The notes under the pieces are model-generated. The model did no database searches and was not told the DNA's origin. It was given only the letters and a program-made list of their open reading frames with translations. From the human T2T-CHM13v2.0 reference genome, Homo sapiens, in the NCBI RefSeq assembly GCF_009914755.1, contig NC_060929.1: a stretch of 64,000 bases of DNA; one strand, 5' to 3'. A program made the translations under genes and the position numbers. The number at the start of each line of letters is the position of its first letter. Positions within the stretch are counted from its first letter, which is position 1. This document shows, one piece after another, positions 27,338 through 42,975 of the stretch.

Positions 27338-30300
27338 AACGACAGGATCAAATTCACACATAACAATATTAACCTTAAATATAAATGGGCTAAATGCCCT
27401 AATTAAAAGACACAGACTGGCAAATTGGATAAAGAGTCTAGACCCATCAGTGTGCTGTATTCAGGAGACCAATCTCACATGCAAAGACACACATAAGCTC
27501 AAAACAAAGCAATGGAGGAATATTTAACAAGCACATGGAAAGCAAAAAAAGCAGGGGTTGCAATCCTAGTCTCTGATAAAACAGACTTTAAACCAACAGA
27601 GATCAAAAAAGACAAAGAAGGGCATTACATAATTGTAAAGGATTAATGCAACAAGAAGAGCTAACTATCCTAAATATATATGCACCCAATATGGGAGCAC
27701 CAAGATTCATAAAGCAAGTTCTTAGAGACCTACAAAGAGACTTAGACTCCCACACAATACTAGAGGGAGACTTTAACACCCCACTATCAATATTACACAG
27801 ATCAACGAGACAGAAAATTTACAAGGATATTCAGGACTTGAACCCAGCTCTGGACCAAGTGGATCTAATAGACATCTACAGAACTTTCCACCCCAAATCA
27901 ACAGAATATACATTCTTCTAAACACCACATAGCACTTATTCTAAAATCGACCACATAATTGGAAGTAAAACACTCCTCACCAAATGCAAAATAATGGAAA
28001 TCATAACGAACAGTCTCTCAGATGACAGTGCAATCAAATTAGAACTCAAGAAACTCACTCAAAACCACACAACTACATGGCAACTGAACATCCTGTTCCT
28101 GAATGACTACTGGGTAAATAACAAAATTAAGGCAGAAATAAGAAAGTTTTTTGAAACCAATGAGAAAAAAGACACAATGTCAACATACCGGAATTTCTGG
28201 GATGCAGCTAAAGCAGTGTTTAAAGGGAAATTTATAGCACTAAATGTCCACAGGAGAAAGTGGGAAAGATCTAAAATCGACACCCTAACATCACAATTAA
28301 AAGTACTAGAGAAACGAGCAAAGAAATTCAAAAGCTAGCAGAAGACGAGTAATAACTAAGATTAGAGCAGAATTGAAGGAGAAGAGACACGAAAAACCCT
28401 TCAAGAAATCAAGGAATCCAGGAGTTGGTTTTGTGAAAAGATTAACAAAATAGACTGCTAGCCAGACTAATAAAGAAGAAAAGACAGAAAAATAAAATAG
28501 ACACTATAAAAAATGATAAAGGGGATATCACTAGTGATCCCACAGAAATACAAACTACTATCAGAGAATACTATAAACACCTCTATGCAAATAAACTAGA
28601 AAATCTAGAAGAAATGGATAAATTCCTGGACACATACACCCTCCTCAGACTAAACCAGGAAGATATTCTATCCCTGAATAGACCAATAACAAGTTCTGAA
28701 ATTGAGGCAATAATTAATAGCCTACCAACCAAAAAAAGCCCAGGACCAGATGGATTCACATCTGAATTCTACCAGAGGTACAAAGAGGAGCTAGTACCAT
28801 TCCTTCTGAAACTATTCCAAACAATAGAAAAAGAGGGATTCCTCCCAAACTCATTTTATGGGGCCAGCATAATCCTGATATCAAAACCTGACAGACACAC
28901 AAGAAAAAAGGAAAGTTCAGGCCAATATCCTGATGAACATCTATGAGAAAATCCTCAATAATATACTGGTAAACCGGAATCAGCAGCACATCAAAAAGCT
29001 TACCCACCACGATCAAGTCAGCTTCATCCCTGGGATGCAAGCCTGGTTCAACATATGCAAATTAATCAATGTAATCCATCACATAAACAGAACCAATGAC
29101 AAAAATTACATGATTATCTCAATAGATGCAGAAAAGGCCTTCAGTAAAATTCAACACCACCACTTCATGCTAAAAACTCTCAATAAACTGAGTATTGATG
29201 GAACATATCTCAAAATAATAAGAGCTATTTATGACAAACCCACAGCCAATATCATACTGAATGGGCAAAAGCTGGAAGCATTCCCTTCGAAAACCAGCAC
29301 AAGACAAGAATGCCCTCTCTCACCACTCCGATTCAGTACAGTATTGGAAGTTGTGGCCAGGGTAATCAAGCAAGGGAAAGAAATAAAGAGTGTTCAGATA
29401 GGAAGAGAGGAAGTCAAATTGTCTCTGTTTGCAGATGACATGATTGTATACATAGAAAATCCCATCGTCTCAGCCCAAAATCTCCTTAAGCTTATAAGCA
29501 ACTTCAGCAAAATCTCAGGATACAAAATCAATGTGCAAAAATCACAAGCATTCCTATACACCAATAATAGAAAAACAGCCAAATCATGAGTGAACTCCCA
29601 TTCACAATTGCTTCAAAGAGAATAAAATACCTAGGAATCCAACTTACAAGGGATGTGAAGGACCTCTTCAAGGAGAACTACAAACCACTGCTCATGGACA
29701 TAAGAGAGGACACAAACAAATGGAAGAACATTCCATGCTTGTGGATAGGAAGAATCAATATCGTGAAAATGACCATAGTGCACAAAGTAATTTATAGATT
29801 CAATGCTATCCTCATCAAGCTACCATTGACTTTCTTCACAGAATTAATAAAACTACTTTAAATTTCTTATGGAACCAAGATGGAGCCTGAATATCCAAGA
29901 CAATCCTAAGCGAAAAGAACAAAGCTGGAACTATCACGCTACCTGACTTTAAACCATACTACAATGCTACAGTAACCAAAACAGCATGGTACTCGTACCA
30001 AAACAGATATATAGACCAATGGAAGAGAACAGAGGCCTCAGTAATAATGCCACACATCTAAAACCATCTGATCTTTGACAAACCTGACAAAAACAAGGAA
30101 TGGGGAAAGAATTCCTCATTTAATAAATGTTTTTGGGAAACTAGCTAGCCATACGCAGAAAACTGAAACTGGACCCAATCCTTACACCTTATACAAAAAT
30201 TAACTCAAGGTGGATTAAAGGCCTAAACGTAAGACCTAAAACCATAAAAGCTCTAGAAGAAAACATAGGCAGTACCATCCAGGACATAGGCGTGGGCAAA

Positions 30301-31105
30301 GACTTCATGACTAAAACACCAAAAGCCGTGGCAACAAAAGCCAAAATAGACAAATGGGCCTAATTAAACTAAAGAGCTTCTGCTCAGCAAAGGAAACTAT
30401 GATCAGAGTGAACAGGCAACCTACAGAATGGAAGAAAATTTTTGCAATCTATCCATCTGACAAAGGGCTAATACCCAGAATCTACAAAGAACTTGAACAA
30501 ATTTACAAGAAAAAAACAACCTCATCAAAAAGCAGGCAAAGGCTTTGAAAAGACACTTCTCAAAAGAAGACAACAAATGTGCAGCCAACAAATATATGAA
30601 AAAATGCTCATCATCACGGTCATTAGAGAAATGCAAATCAAAACCACAATGAGGTACCATCTCACACCAGTTAGAATGGCGATCATTAAAAAGTCAGGAA
30701 TCAACAGATTCTGGAGAGGTTGTGGAGAAATAGGAATGCCTTTACACTGTTGGTGGGAGTGTAAATTAGTTCAACCATTGTGGAAGACAGTATGGCGATT
30801 CCTCAAGGATCTAAAACCAGAAATACCTTTTGACCCAGCAGTCTCATTGCTGTGTATATACTCAAAAGATTATAAATCATTCTATAAAGACACATGCACA
30901 CATATGTTTATTTGCAGCACTATTCACTATAGCAAAGACTTGGAACCAACCCAAATACCCTTCAGTGAAAGACTGGATAAAGAAAATGTGGCACATATAC
31001 ATCATGGAATACAATGCAGTCATAAAAAAGGGTGAATTCATTTCCTCTCCAGGGACGAGGATGAAGCTGGAAACTATCACTCTCAGCAGACTAACACAGG
31101 AATAG
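27338..31105 (+). pseudogene. L1 ORF2p (endonuclease/reverse transcriptase), disrupted
   Basis: LNIYAPN and GDFNTPL (EN), [16 protein letters not shown] (RT), HCWWECK. Multiple breaks; the start codon appears mutated to ACG. Confidence 0.92.
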
Positions 31106-33509
31106 AAAACCAAACACTGCATGTTTTCACTCATAAGTGGGAGTTGAACAATGAGAACACATAGACACAGGCAGGGTAACATCACACACCGGGGCCTGTC
31201 AGGAGAGGGTGGCTAATGGAGGGATAGCGTTAGGAGAAATACCTAATGTAGGTGACGGGTTAATTGGTGCAGCAAATGACCGTGGCATGTGTATAGCTAT
31301 GTAACAATCCTGCACATTCTGCACATGTATTCTAGAACTTAAAGTATAATAAAAAAAGAAAAAATAAGCTCACTGTCAAAACTTAAAGACAGAGAGGATT
31401 CTAAAAGCAGCAAGAGAAAGAAGCAAATAACTTGTAAGGGAGTTTCCATAAGGCTAGCAGCAGGCTTCTCAGCCGAAACCTTACAGGCCAGGATAGAGTG
31501 GGATGATTTAGTCAAAGTGCTAAAGGAAAATACACTATTGTGAATACTATACTTAGAAAAGCTGTCCTTCACAAATGAAGGAGAGAGGAGGCTTTCCCAG
31601 ACAAACAGAATCTAATGGAATTACCATCAAATCTGCCTTATAAGAAATGCTAAAGGGACATTCTGCCAACAGGAGACTAACTTGACTTCTAAAGACACAT
31701 GTAGGCTGAAAGTGAAGGGATAGAAAATGATATTCCATGCAAAGGGAAACCAAAAGTGAGCAGGAGTAGCTATACTTATATCAGATAAAATAGACTTTAA
31801 TTCAAAAATTGTAAAAAGAGAAAAACATGGTCATTATGTAATGGCAAAGGGGTCAATTTAGCAATCCTTATAATAGTTGTACATATATATGCACCCAATA
31901 TCTTAACACCTAAGTATATAAAGTAAATATTAACAGATCAAGTGGGAGAGATGAACTGCAATACAATAATAGTATGGAACTTCCACACTTGATTTTCAGC
32001 AAAGGACAGATCATCCATCAATAAGGAAACATAAAACTTAAACTACTCTAGATCAAATGGACTTAACAGGCATATAGGAAACATTTTATTCAACAGGTGC
32101 AGAATACACATTTTTTTCTCAACTGCACATGGAACATTCTCCAGGATAGTATAAATGTTAGGCCACACAACAAGTCTCAACACATTTTTAAAAATTGAAA
32201 TACTATTAAGTGTCTTCTCTGTCCATGTAGTGTAAAACCAGAAACCAATAATATGCTGAACTTTAGAAAATTTACAAATACATGGAAGTTAAACAATGTG
32301 CTCCTGAACAACCAATGGGTTAGTGAAAAAATTAAAAGGGAAATTTAAAAAATTGTTGTGGGATACAGCAAAAGCCATTATAAGAGGGAAGTTTGTAGCA
32401 ACAAATGTCTACTTCATAAAAAAGAACAGAAATCTCAACCTAGCATTGAACCTCAAGGAACTAGAAACAAGAACAAACTAAACCCAAAGTTAGTAGAAGG
32501 AAGGAAATAATATCAGGGCAGAAATCAATGAAATGTACACTAGGAAAATAATAGAAAAGATCAACAATACCAAATATTGGGGGTTTTTTTAAAGAGAAAA
32601 TCAACAAACCATTAGCTGGGCTAACAGCAGAAAATGAGAAGACTCAAATAAATTTAATCAGAAATGAAAAAGGAGATATTACAACTGATAAAACATACAG
32701 AGGATCATAAGACACTATTATGAACAATTATACACCAACAAATTGGATAACCTACAAGATATGGATAAATTCCTTTATGCATACAACCTACCAAGCCTAA
32801 ATCAGAAATAAAAAGTGTCCCATCAAAGAAAAGCCTAGGACCTGATGGCTTCACTGCTGAATGCTACCAAATATTTAATGAAGGACTAATACCAAATCTT
32901 CTCAAACTGATTCAAGAAATTGAAGAGGAGGGAATACTTTCAAACTCATTTATAATGCCACAATCACCCTGACATCAAAGCCAGACAGACACACTACAAT
33001 AAAAAGAGAAAACTACAGTCCAATAAAGCTGACGAACATAGATGCAAAAATCCTCAGTAAAATACTAGCAAACTGAAGTCAACATCACATTAAAAAGATC
33101 ATTCACTATGATCAAATGGTATTCATCCCAGGGAAGCAAGTGTATTTCAACATACATAAATAAATAAATGTGATACATCATGTTAACAGAATGACAGAAA
33201 AAACATATTCTTTTGATATAGAAAAAGCATTTGAGAAAATTCAACATTTTATGATAATAGCTCAACAAATTAGGTATACAAGGAATTTATCTCAACACAA
33301 CACAGACCATATTTGACGAGCCCACAACTAACATCATACACAATGGGGAAAAAGTGAAAGCTTTTGCTCTAAGATTTGCAACAAGACAAGAGTGCCAGTG
33401 TCACCACTTTTTATCGTTACCATACTGGCGACCCTAGCCATAGCAATTAGGCAAGAAAAAGAAATGAAAGGAATTCAAATTGTCCCTGTTTGCAGATGAC
33501 ATGCTTTTT

Positions 33510-33777
33510 GAAATTAATTAGTTAGCTAGTTAATTAATTAATTTTTAGAGGTAGGGTCTCATTCTGTTACCCAGGCTGGTGCCATCATTAGCTCACTGCA
33601 GCCTGAAACTCCTGGGCTCGAGCAAGCCTCCTGCCTCAGCCTTCTGAGTGGGTAGGACTACAAGCATGTACCACCACACCTGGCTAATTTTTTTAATTTT
33701 TTATATTGTAGGCATAGGATACTGTGTTACCCGGGATGGTCTGGCCTCAGGCAATCTTCCCACCTTGGCCTCCCAGG
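33510..33777 (-). mobile_element. AluJ with small deletions, inside the L1MA ORF2
   Basis: agggtctcattctgttacccaggctgg...ctcctgggctcgagcaagcctcctgcctcagcc. Confidence 0.85.
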
Positions 33778-36700
33778 TGACGTTGCCTTATACACAGAAA
33801 ATCTTAAAGACCCCATAAAAAACTTTTGAACTAACAAAAGAATTCAGTAACGATACAGAATACAAAATCAACATTTAAAAACTAGCATTTCTACACACAG
33901 TGAACTATCTGAAAAACCAGTAAAAACAGCCCCATTTACACTTGCTACAGAAAAAAATACCTAGAAATAAGTTGAACCAAGGAGGTGAAAGATCTGCACA
34001 CTGAAAACTATAAAATATTGATGAAGGAAATTGGAGAAAAAGACAAATAAGTGGAAAATATCTCATACACATGGATTGGATTTTAAGTGTCCATGCTATA
34101 CAGAGTGTTCTATAGATTTCACAAAAATACAAAAAAAATCCCTAATATTTATATGAAACTAGAAAAGATCCCAAACAACCAAAACAATCTGGAGCAAAAA
34201 GAACAAAACTACCTTTCTTCAAAATATACTACAGATCTATAGCAACCAAAACCACATAGTACTAGCATAAAAACAAACACATATACCAATGGATCAGTAT
34301 AGAGAGCTCAGAAATAAATCCATGCATGTACAGCCAGCTGATTTTCAACAAAGGTGCCAAGAACACACAACAGGGAAAGGCCAGTTAGGGGAGGGGGAAG
34401 TTGAGGAGATATTGGTCAAAGGATACAAAATTTCAGTTAGGAGAAATTAGTTTAAAAGATACATCATATGACATGGTGGCCATAGTTAATAAATTGTATT
34501 TTTGAAAAATGTCAGGAGAGTGGACGTAAAGTGTTCTCACCACAAAAATGATAACTGTGAGGTAATACATATATTAATTATCTAGATTTAGTCATTTCAT
34601 AATTATATATACTACAAATAATCATATTTTGCATAGGGAATACATACAAGGTTTTTTGTCAATTAAAAAGAAACCAGAGCCTGGGAAGATGGCAGGTCTC
34701 ATAGAAATGCCATCTTTCAGTTCCAGCTGTTAAGTATACAGATGGATGGGCATGAGGACAGCTGCCCAGAATGTAGTGGTCCTGAGCATGGAAAACTAAA
34801 CTTCCTGTGCCTCAAAGAGATCAAGGACATATCTGAGAAGAAAACAGTGGATCTAAAGAGGCTTCATGACATGGGGGTTGGAAGCCTTGTGGAACACAGG
34901 TTTTAGTAGTAGATGCTGGGGCACAGTGATGAGGACGATGAAGGGCAGGTTAGATCTCAGCAGAGCCAGTATTAACAGAAGACATTCATGAACCATTCAC
35001 CACCATCACCATCACCACCCCCCGCCCCAGCACACACACACCTCAAATGACCTCATTCATGTTTGCTCTGTACCTCCCCGAGAGTGATCAAGGATGGGAT
35101 AAAGGAAGGAAAAGATACAAGGAGAGAATCCTGAAACTATTTACCACTAAAAAACTGAGTTTTAAACTATAAGCCAATGATTTGCCTTGAAGATTGTTGT
35201 CCTAGTCTACACAGAGAAAATCAGAGCTAAATAAACAAATTACGTCCCCTTGCTAAGAAATCATTACATTTCTGAGTTTGTCAGCTTTGAAATTCACACT
35301 TGCTAGACTTAAACATTTATGAAGCTATGAACCTTCATTCTATGAGTTTTTCTTAATTCCAAAAACTAAGGCATGTCAATGAAGTTTCTATCTCCTGTAA
35401 AATAGAAGAAATTTGTTAGCTGAGCTTTCAATTTCTATGAATTTTTCACATTGTTTATATCCCTCTTGTCATTTAACCATCACAACTAGTGTTCTCTGTA
35501 AATTATTTCAATACTAATATTTATTTTTCTTCAAAGGCCAAATAAATTAAAAACTTTAAATTTTCACAGGTTTCCCGTTTTGGAGAAATAAAATTTGATC
35601 CCCTGTAGTTTAATATTTTGCTACCAAAATATCACTGAGATTGAAATTTTTCAATCTGTAAAAATCTGATTTAGTTTCTCTGGTTCCTCGTTTTTTGTGC
35701 TTCATTCCATTAAACTGTTAAAGACAATAGAGTCTCAGGAGTTTTATGCACAGGCAAAACTGAAATCAGTAAGATGTTGACATAAATAATATAGTTAGTA
35801 CTAGAATAACTTTCATTTTTTTCTTGAGTCTTTATCCTGAAAGTGCTTGTAATAAGTGGAGTTCCTTCATTATAACCCCAAGGTCACCTATAAAAGCTCT
35901 GAATTAAAGTAATATCGGCATATTAAACTTTTAAACAAACCTGATATGTGGTAGTCTAAGAGATCAAGCAGCTTAGGATGGCCATTTTAGAACATTATCT
36001 TGCATATAGTAAGCATTTAATAAATACTAGCTATTTTATTAAAAGTGAACTTATTTTTTATATTAAATTTACCCTTACCACTAAAGGGTGGACCCTCTCT
36101 TCTCTAACTTCACATATATGTAATGATCACCTAAACATTTGGATATCCTGAGCTTGCAAACTAGGCCTTAATTTCACTATTTCAACTCTGATAAACAGAA
36201 ATTATTTAAAAATTCTATTCATTCACATAAAAGGTTGAAAAATCAAGATTATGAAGGCAAGTTGTTTTTAAGGTTAAAGACAGCTAAAATCTCTAGGAAG
36301 CTAAACCTTTCAAGTCCACCTTTAGCTGTTTTAAGATGCTAGTTAAGAAGCAATGTTGGAATGCTGACAAATGGAGCCTGATGACAGGATGAAAATGAAG
36401 ATTGTGGAAGTGGTGTTTCATCTAATAATTCCTCTTCCTCAGAGATTGGCAGAACCATATTGGTGCCTTGTTTCTGGTAATGTATGGCTCTTCAAACAAG
36501 AATTGTTTATTTCTTCTTTTGTTTAAATAACAAAAAAGTATTTTATGCCTTGGGGAGATCAGGAAATCTCTGGCATTTTGCAACATGCTTTTTATAGAAT
36601 ATTATGTTTAAAAATTTAGGAGATTGGGGCTGGAGAAAAATGAATTTATAAATGGACATCAAATAAATTGAGTTTTGTAATGAAGCAATCATAAAGCAAG

Positions 36701-37302
36701 CCATACTATTAATAAAAATATAGATAGGGACAGTCTCTTAAGATTATCCATTCTTTTTATATAATCTTTTTATTTGGATATTGTGTATCAAAATGGACTT
36801 AGCTAATTATAGAGTAGGCGAAGCTTATTCTATCTTTGCATAAAATAATATGCCTAAGGAAATGTATAGAACAACAGTGCAGGAGACTTTCATTCCTGTT
36901 TTTCTCCAGCCATTAATACTAAAAGGTAACTTTCTGGATTCACAGGTTTATGAGGGTGCTTAGAAAGACATTTGGTCAGTACATCTGAGCCATTTGAAGT
37001 GATATCTGATATCTTTCTCTTTGGGGGAGGAGAGCCCCATTTTCTTAGAAGAACAACCTCCAGTTGTTCCTTACTACATTTTCCCCACAAGCAAATCACA
37101 TTCTCCATATTTCTAAAGAAAGATCACAATTGTTTTGAACTAACTTTCTTAAAAACATTTTTTAAGATAGTAGCCATGAGGTGATTCTGAATCTTAATTT
37201 TTTAAAAAAATTATTAAACCATTATCTAAAAAATGTTGACATTGGTTAAAGCTTCACAATTCTTGGTATATTTTATTTATCCAGCATTTCTGAACACTTT
37301 CT

Positions 37303-39975
<2,673 letters not shown>

Positions 39976-39989
39976 AACACTTTCTGTGT

Positions 39990-41060
39990 GTCAGATACTC
40001 TTCTCAGGGCCACGGAAACAAAGAAAAGGACATAGTGCTTGCTGCCTAGGAAAGCTGAGAAGGAGATAAAGGAAGTGATGACATCCTAATTTGGCCAGTG
40101 CCATAAAAGAAGGAATAACAGCAAACTTTGCATGGGAAAGGCAGAGGGTCAGAAGGGATTTCTTCATGAGAGTCCTTACATGAAATCTTGTGGGACAGTC
40201 AGGAGTTGACAAGTGAGGCTGAGAAGAGAGAAAGGAGAGTGTATGGCCTTCCAGGGACTAACCACATGTTCTTGTAACATTGGTAGAATGAATATGGGGA
40301 CACTTATGACTGGATATCAAGGTAGGAAGTATGTAGAGACCAAAACTAAAAGACCATTTTGTGCCTTACAAGGAAATTTAAAAAAAGATTAAGAAAGACC
40401 TAGTAAGGTTGTGTTTTGAATTCAGTCTGGCAGAAGTATGGAGGATGAATGTGGGAAGGGAGGTGGATAAGGTCAGAGAAACTAGTTAGAAGTTATTCTG
40501 GTAAGAGAGGTTGAGTTACTGAACCAATAAAATGATATGATGCATTGACAAATTTGAGAGAGACTGAGTCCCAGCAGAATTTGGCAGCTAGTTAGATATA
40601 ATGGTTGAGAGTGAGAGAGAATAATTAAGGTTTTTTTTCTTTTAGATGAATGGGGGTGCTATTCCCTTGGATTGTAAAGGAACAGTTTTGGGAGGGCAGT
40701 GAAGCAAGGAATGCTAGACATATTGAGATTGACATGCCTGTGGGGTGTGAGATATATAGGTAGATATATTGAACAGTTGGCTTTATACATATGTATGTTT
40801 AGAGTTTAGAAGATAACTCTGGGCTGAGATATACTTTGAAAAACATTTTCTCTTAGATAATAACTGATTAGTCATAGGTGACAAGTGAGTAGTTTAATGG
40901 AAGGAGAGTGGGTAATGTGAAAAATGAAAAGACTTGTAGATACAGCTTGTGGAACACCATCATTAAGGGATGGAATAAAGAAACAAGAGGTGTTAGGCTA
41001 GGCAGTGCTTGTCAGAGAGTAGGTTGTTTGAACTTGAAAGCCAAGTAGGTAGGATATTTT
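39990..41060. mobile_element. Degraded L2
   Basis: Purine-rich sequence with L2 motifs (gacatattgagattgacatgcctgtgg, tctgggctgagatat). Confidence 0.6.
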
Positions 41061-41738
41061 TAAGTGATAGCAGACAAGAGGACAGCAGTGGGTAGGAGAA
41101 GAAGCTTATATAGCCACATGTGAGTATATTGTTTGTTTGTTTGTTTGTTTGTTTTTGTCCTCAGAGGTAGAAGAGCACTAATTTGAAAGAGGAATTAAAT
41201 GGGGCGGGAGTGGGTGGAATACTAACCACCTCCTTTCTCTTGAGGAACATGCTGTTGGAGGAGCCATCTTTCATAAGAAGGCTGTATAAGTGATGTGCTG
41301 GGGAGGAAAAGGTTTCATGCAAGGCAAGGAAATATCTGCATGTCTGAAGAGGCTGAGAATCCCGACAGTAAGGGGATGCCCAGGGCATGTTGGAAAGGGT
41401 TTTGGGGGGAACAGTGAAAGAATGATTTGGAAAGAGCAAAGTATGAGGGTGATTTTTTGGAAGAGATCAGTGTCTAGAGAAGCAGAATACTCTGCTCTAA
41501 GCCTGTTCTGATTTAGAGAGATTTCCTTAGTCATCAGACTTGATCCTGGGAAAACTAGTCAAGTATAGACCTTGTGATGTTCAACTCACACAGCTTAGCT
41601 CTGTATCTACTCACCAAGACTTCTTAGAGACTTACTCCTATTGTCTGAACTTTAATACAGACATAACTTGTTTTTTCAAATTTAAGTTAGCATTTTGTTT
41701 TATGATTATAAGAGTACTATATGCTCTTATAAAATTCA

Positions 41739-42047
<309 letters not shown>

Positions 42048-42754
42048 TTCAAACCCTATGAAAAGAAGAAAAATCTTTGACTATCCTAATCATCCTAGCA
42101 CCAAAAAAGCAATTATTATTATTTTAGGATGTCCTCATTTCTTATTGACTTTATACATACACAATTTTATATACTCACAAATAAATGTACAGATATAATA
42201 GTACGTATCTATAGGCACATATGTAATTTACATATTTATACATATTTATGCATATAGATATTTCGCCCAACAGACGTAATGTGACATAGTCTTGTGAACT
42301 GTTTTCCCCCTCAAATTAATGGGCCCTCGTGGCAGTTTTTCTAGGTCTGTGATTTACATCATCATTTTCAGTAGCTACACAATATTTTATTTTACGGTTA
42401 TGCAGTAGTCTCTGTAATTATCCTTCTATTAATGAATTTTAAAAATTGCTTCCAGTTTTTTATTGTAACTGATTTTAGAGTTATTTGTAAAAGAATAGTC
42501 TTTCTTTTGAAGTAAATTATTTCATATTTAAGAAAGAAATTAATTTCTTCAATATTGGGTTAAAAGTCTTGGATTTCATGACAGATGCTATCTGAGTAGG
42601 TCATGTTACTTCTGTATCTTCAGTTTTCTCATCTGTGAAATTATCTATTAATTTAGAATAACCAATCCCTCAATTCCTTTCAGCATTGACACTTAGGTGG
42701 ACTTGCCTATTTCTCTCTGTTGATGACTACTTCTAGAGAGGTAATTAAACATAT

Positions 42755-42975
42755 TTGCACAGAGCAAAGGCCTTGGAATCAAATCAATTTAGGGTTGAAC
42801 CATGGTTCTACAACTAACTGGCTGTATGAGATCTTCAGCTTTGTTTAACATCTCATCTCTGAGCCTCAGTTTTCTCATATGTAAAATGGGAATGTTAATC
42901 CCTGTCTTAAAAGACTGTGGTAGGGTATTATATACAATTTTCTTAGCACAATGCTTTCCACATAGTAAGTACTAT
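42755..42975. mobile_element. MIR
   Basis: ctctgagcctcagttttctcatatgtaaaatgggaat. Confidence 0.8.

Larger units (their letters stand above)
24885..31365 (+). mobile_element. Full-length L1PA (about L1PA7), inactive
   Basis: 5' end aagatggccgaataggaacagctccggtctgcagctccc; 3' end ctagaacttaaagtataataaaaaaa. ORF1 and ORF2 fragments are in the ORF track. Confidence 0.95.
23700..34672 (+). mobile_element. Near-full-length old L1MA-type element, split by a younger L1PA (24885-31365) and an AluJ
   Basis: 5' UTR/ORF1 up to ~24880; ORF1 resumes at ~31370 (ctgtcaaaacttaaagacagagaggattctaaaagcagcaag). ORF2 runs to ~34383, then jumps to an L1MA 3' UTR (ggtcaaaggatacaaaatttcagttag...tgttctcaccacaaaaatgataact). 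Confidence 0.8.

Noticed and set aside
26225-31105. Potentially active L1
   Set aside because: Both ORFs carry many stops and frameshifts.
35570-35608. Plus-strand acceptor followed by VSRFGEIKFDPL-stop
   Set aside because: Only 12 codons, and no recognised protein C-terminus.
36910-36925. 16-nt plus-strand microexon candidate (ttctccAG|...AAG|GTAACT)
   Set aside because: Frame-shifting length and no supporting context; such motif pairs occur by chance.
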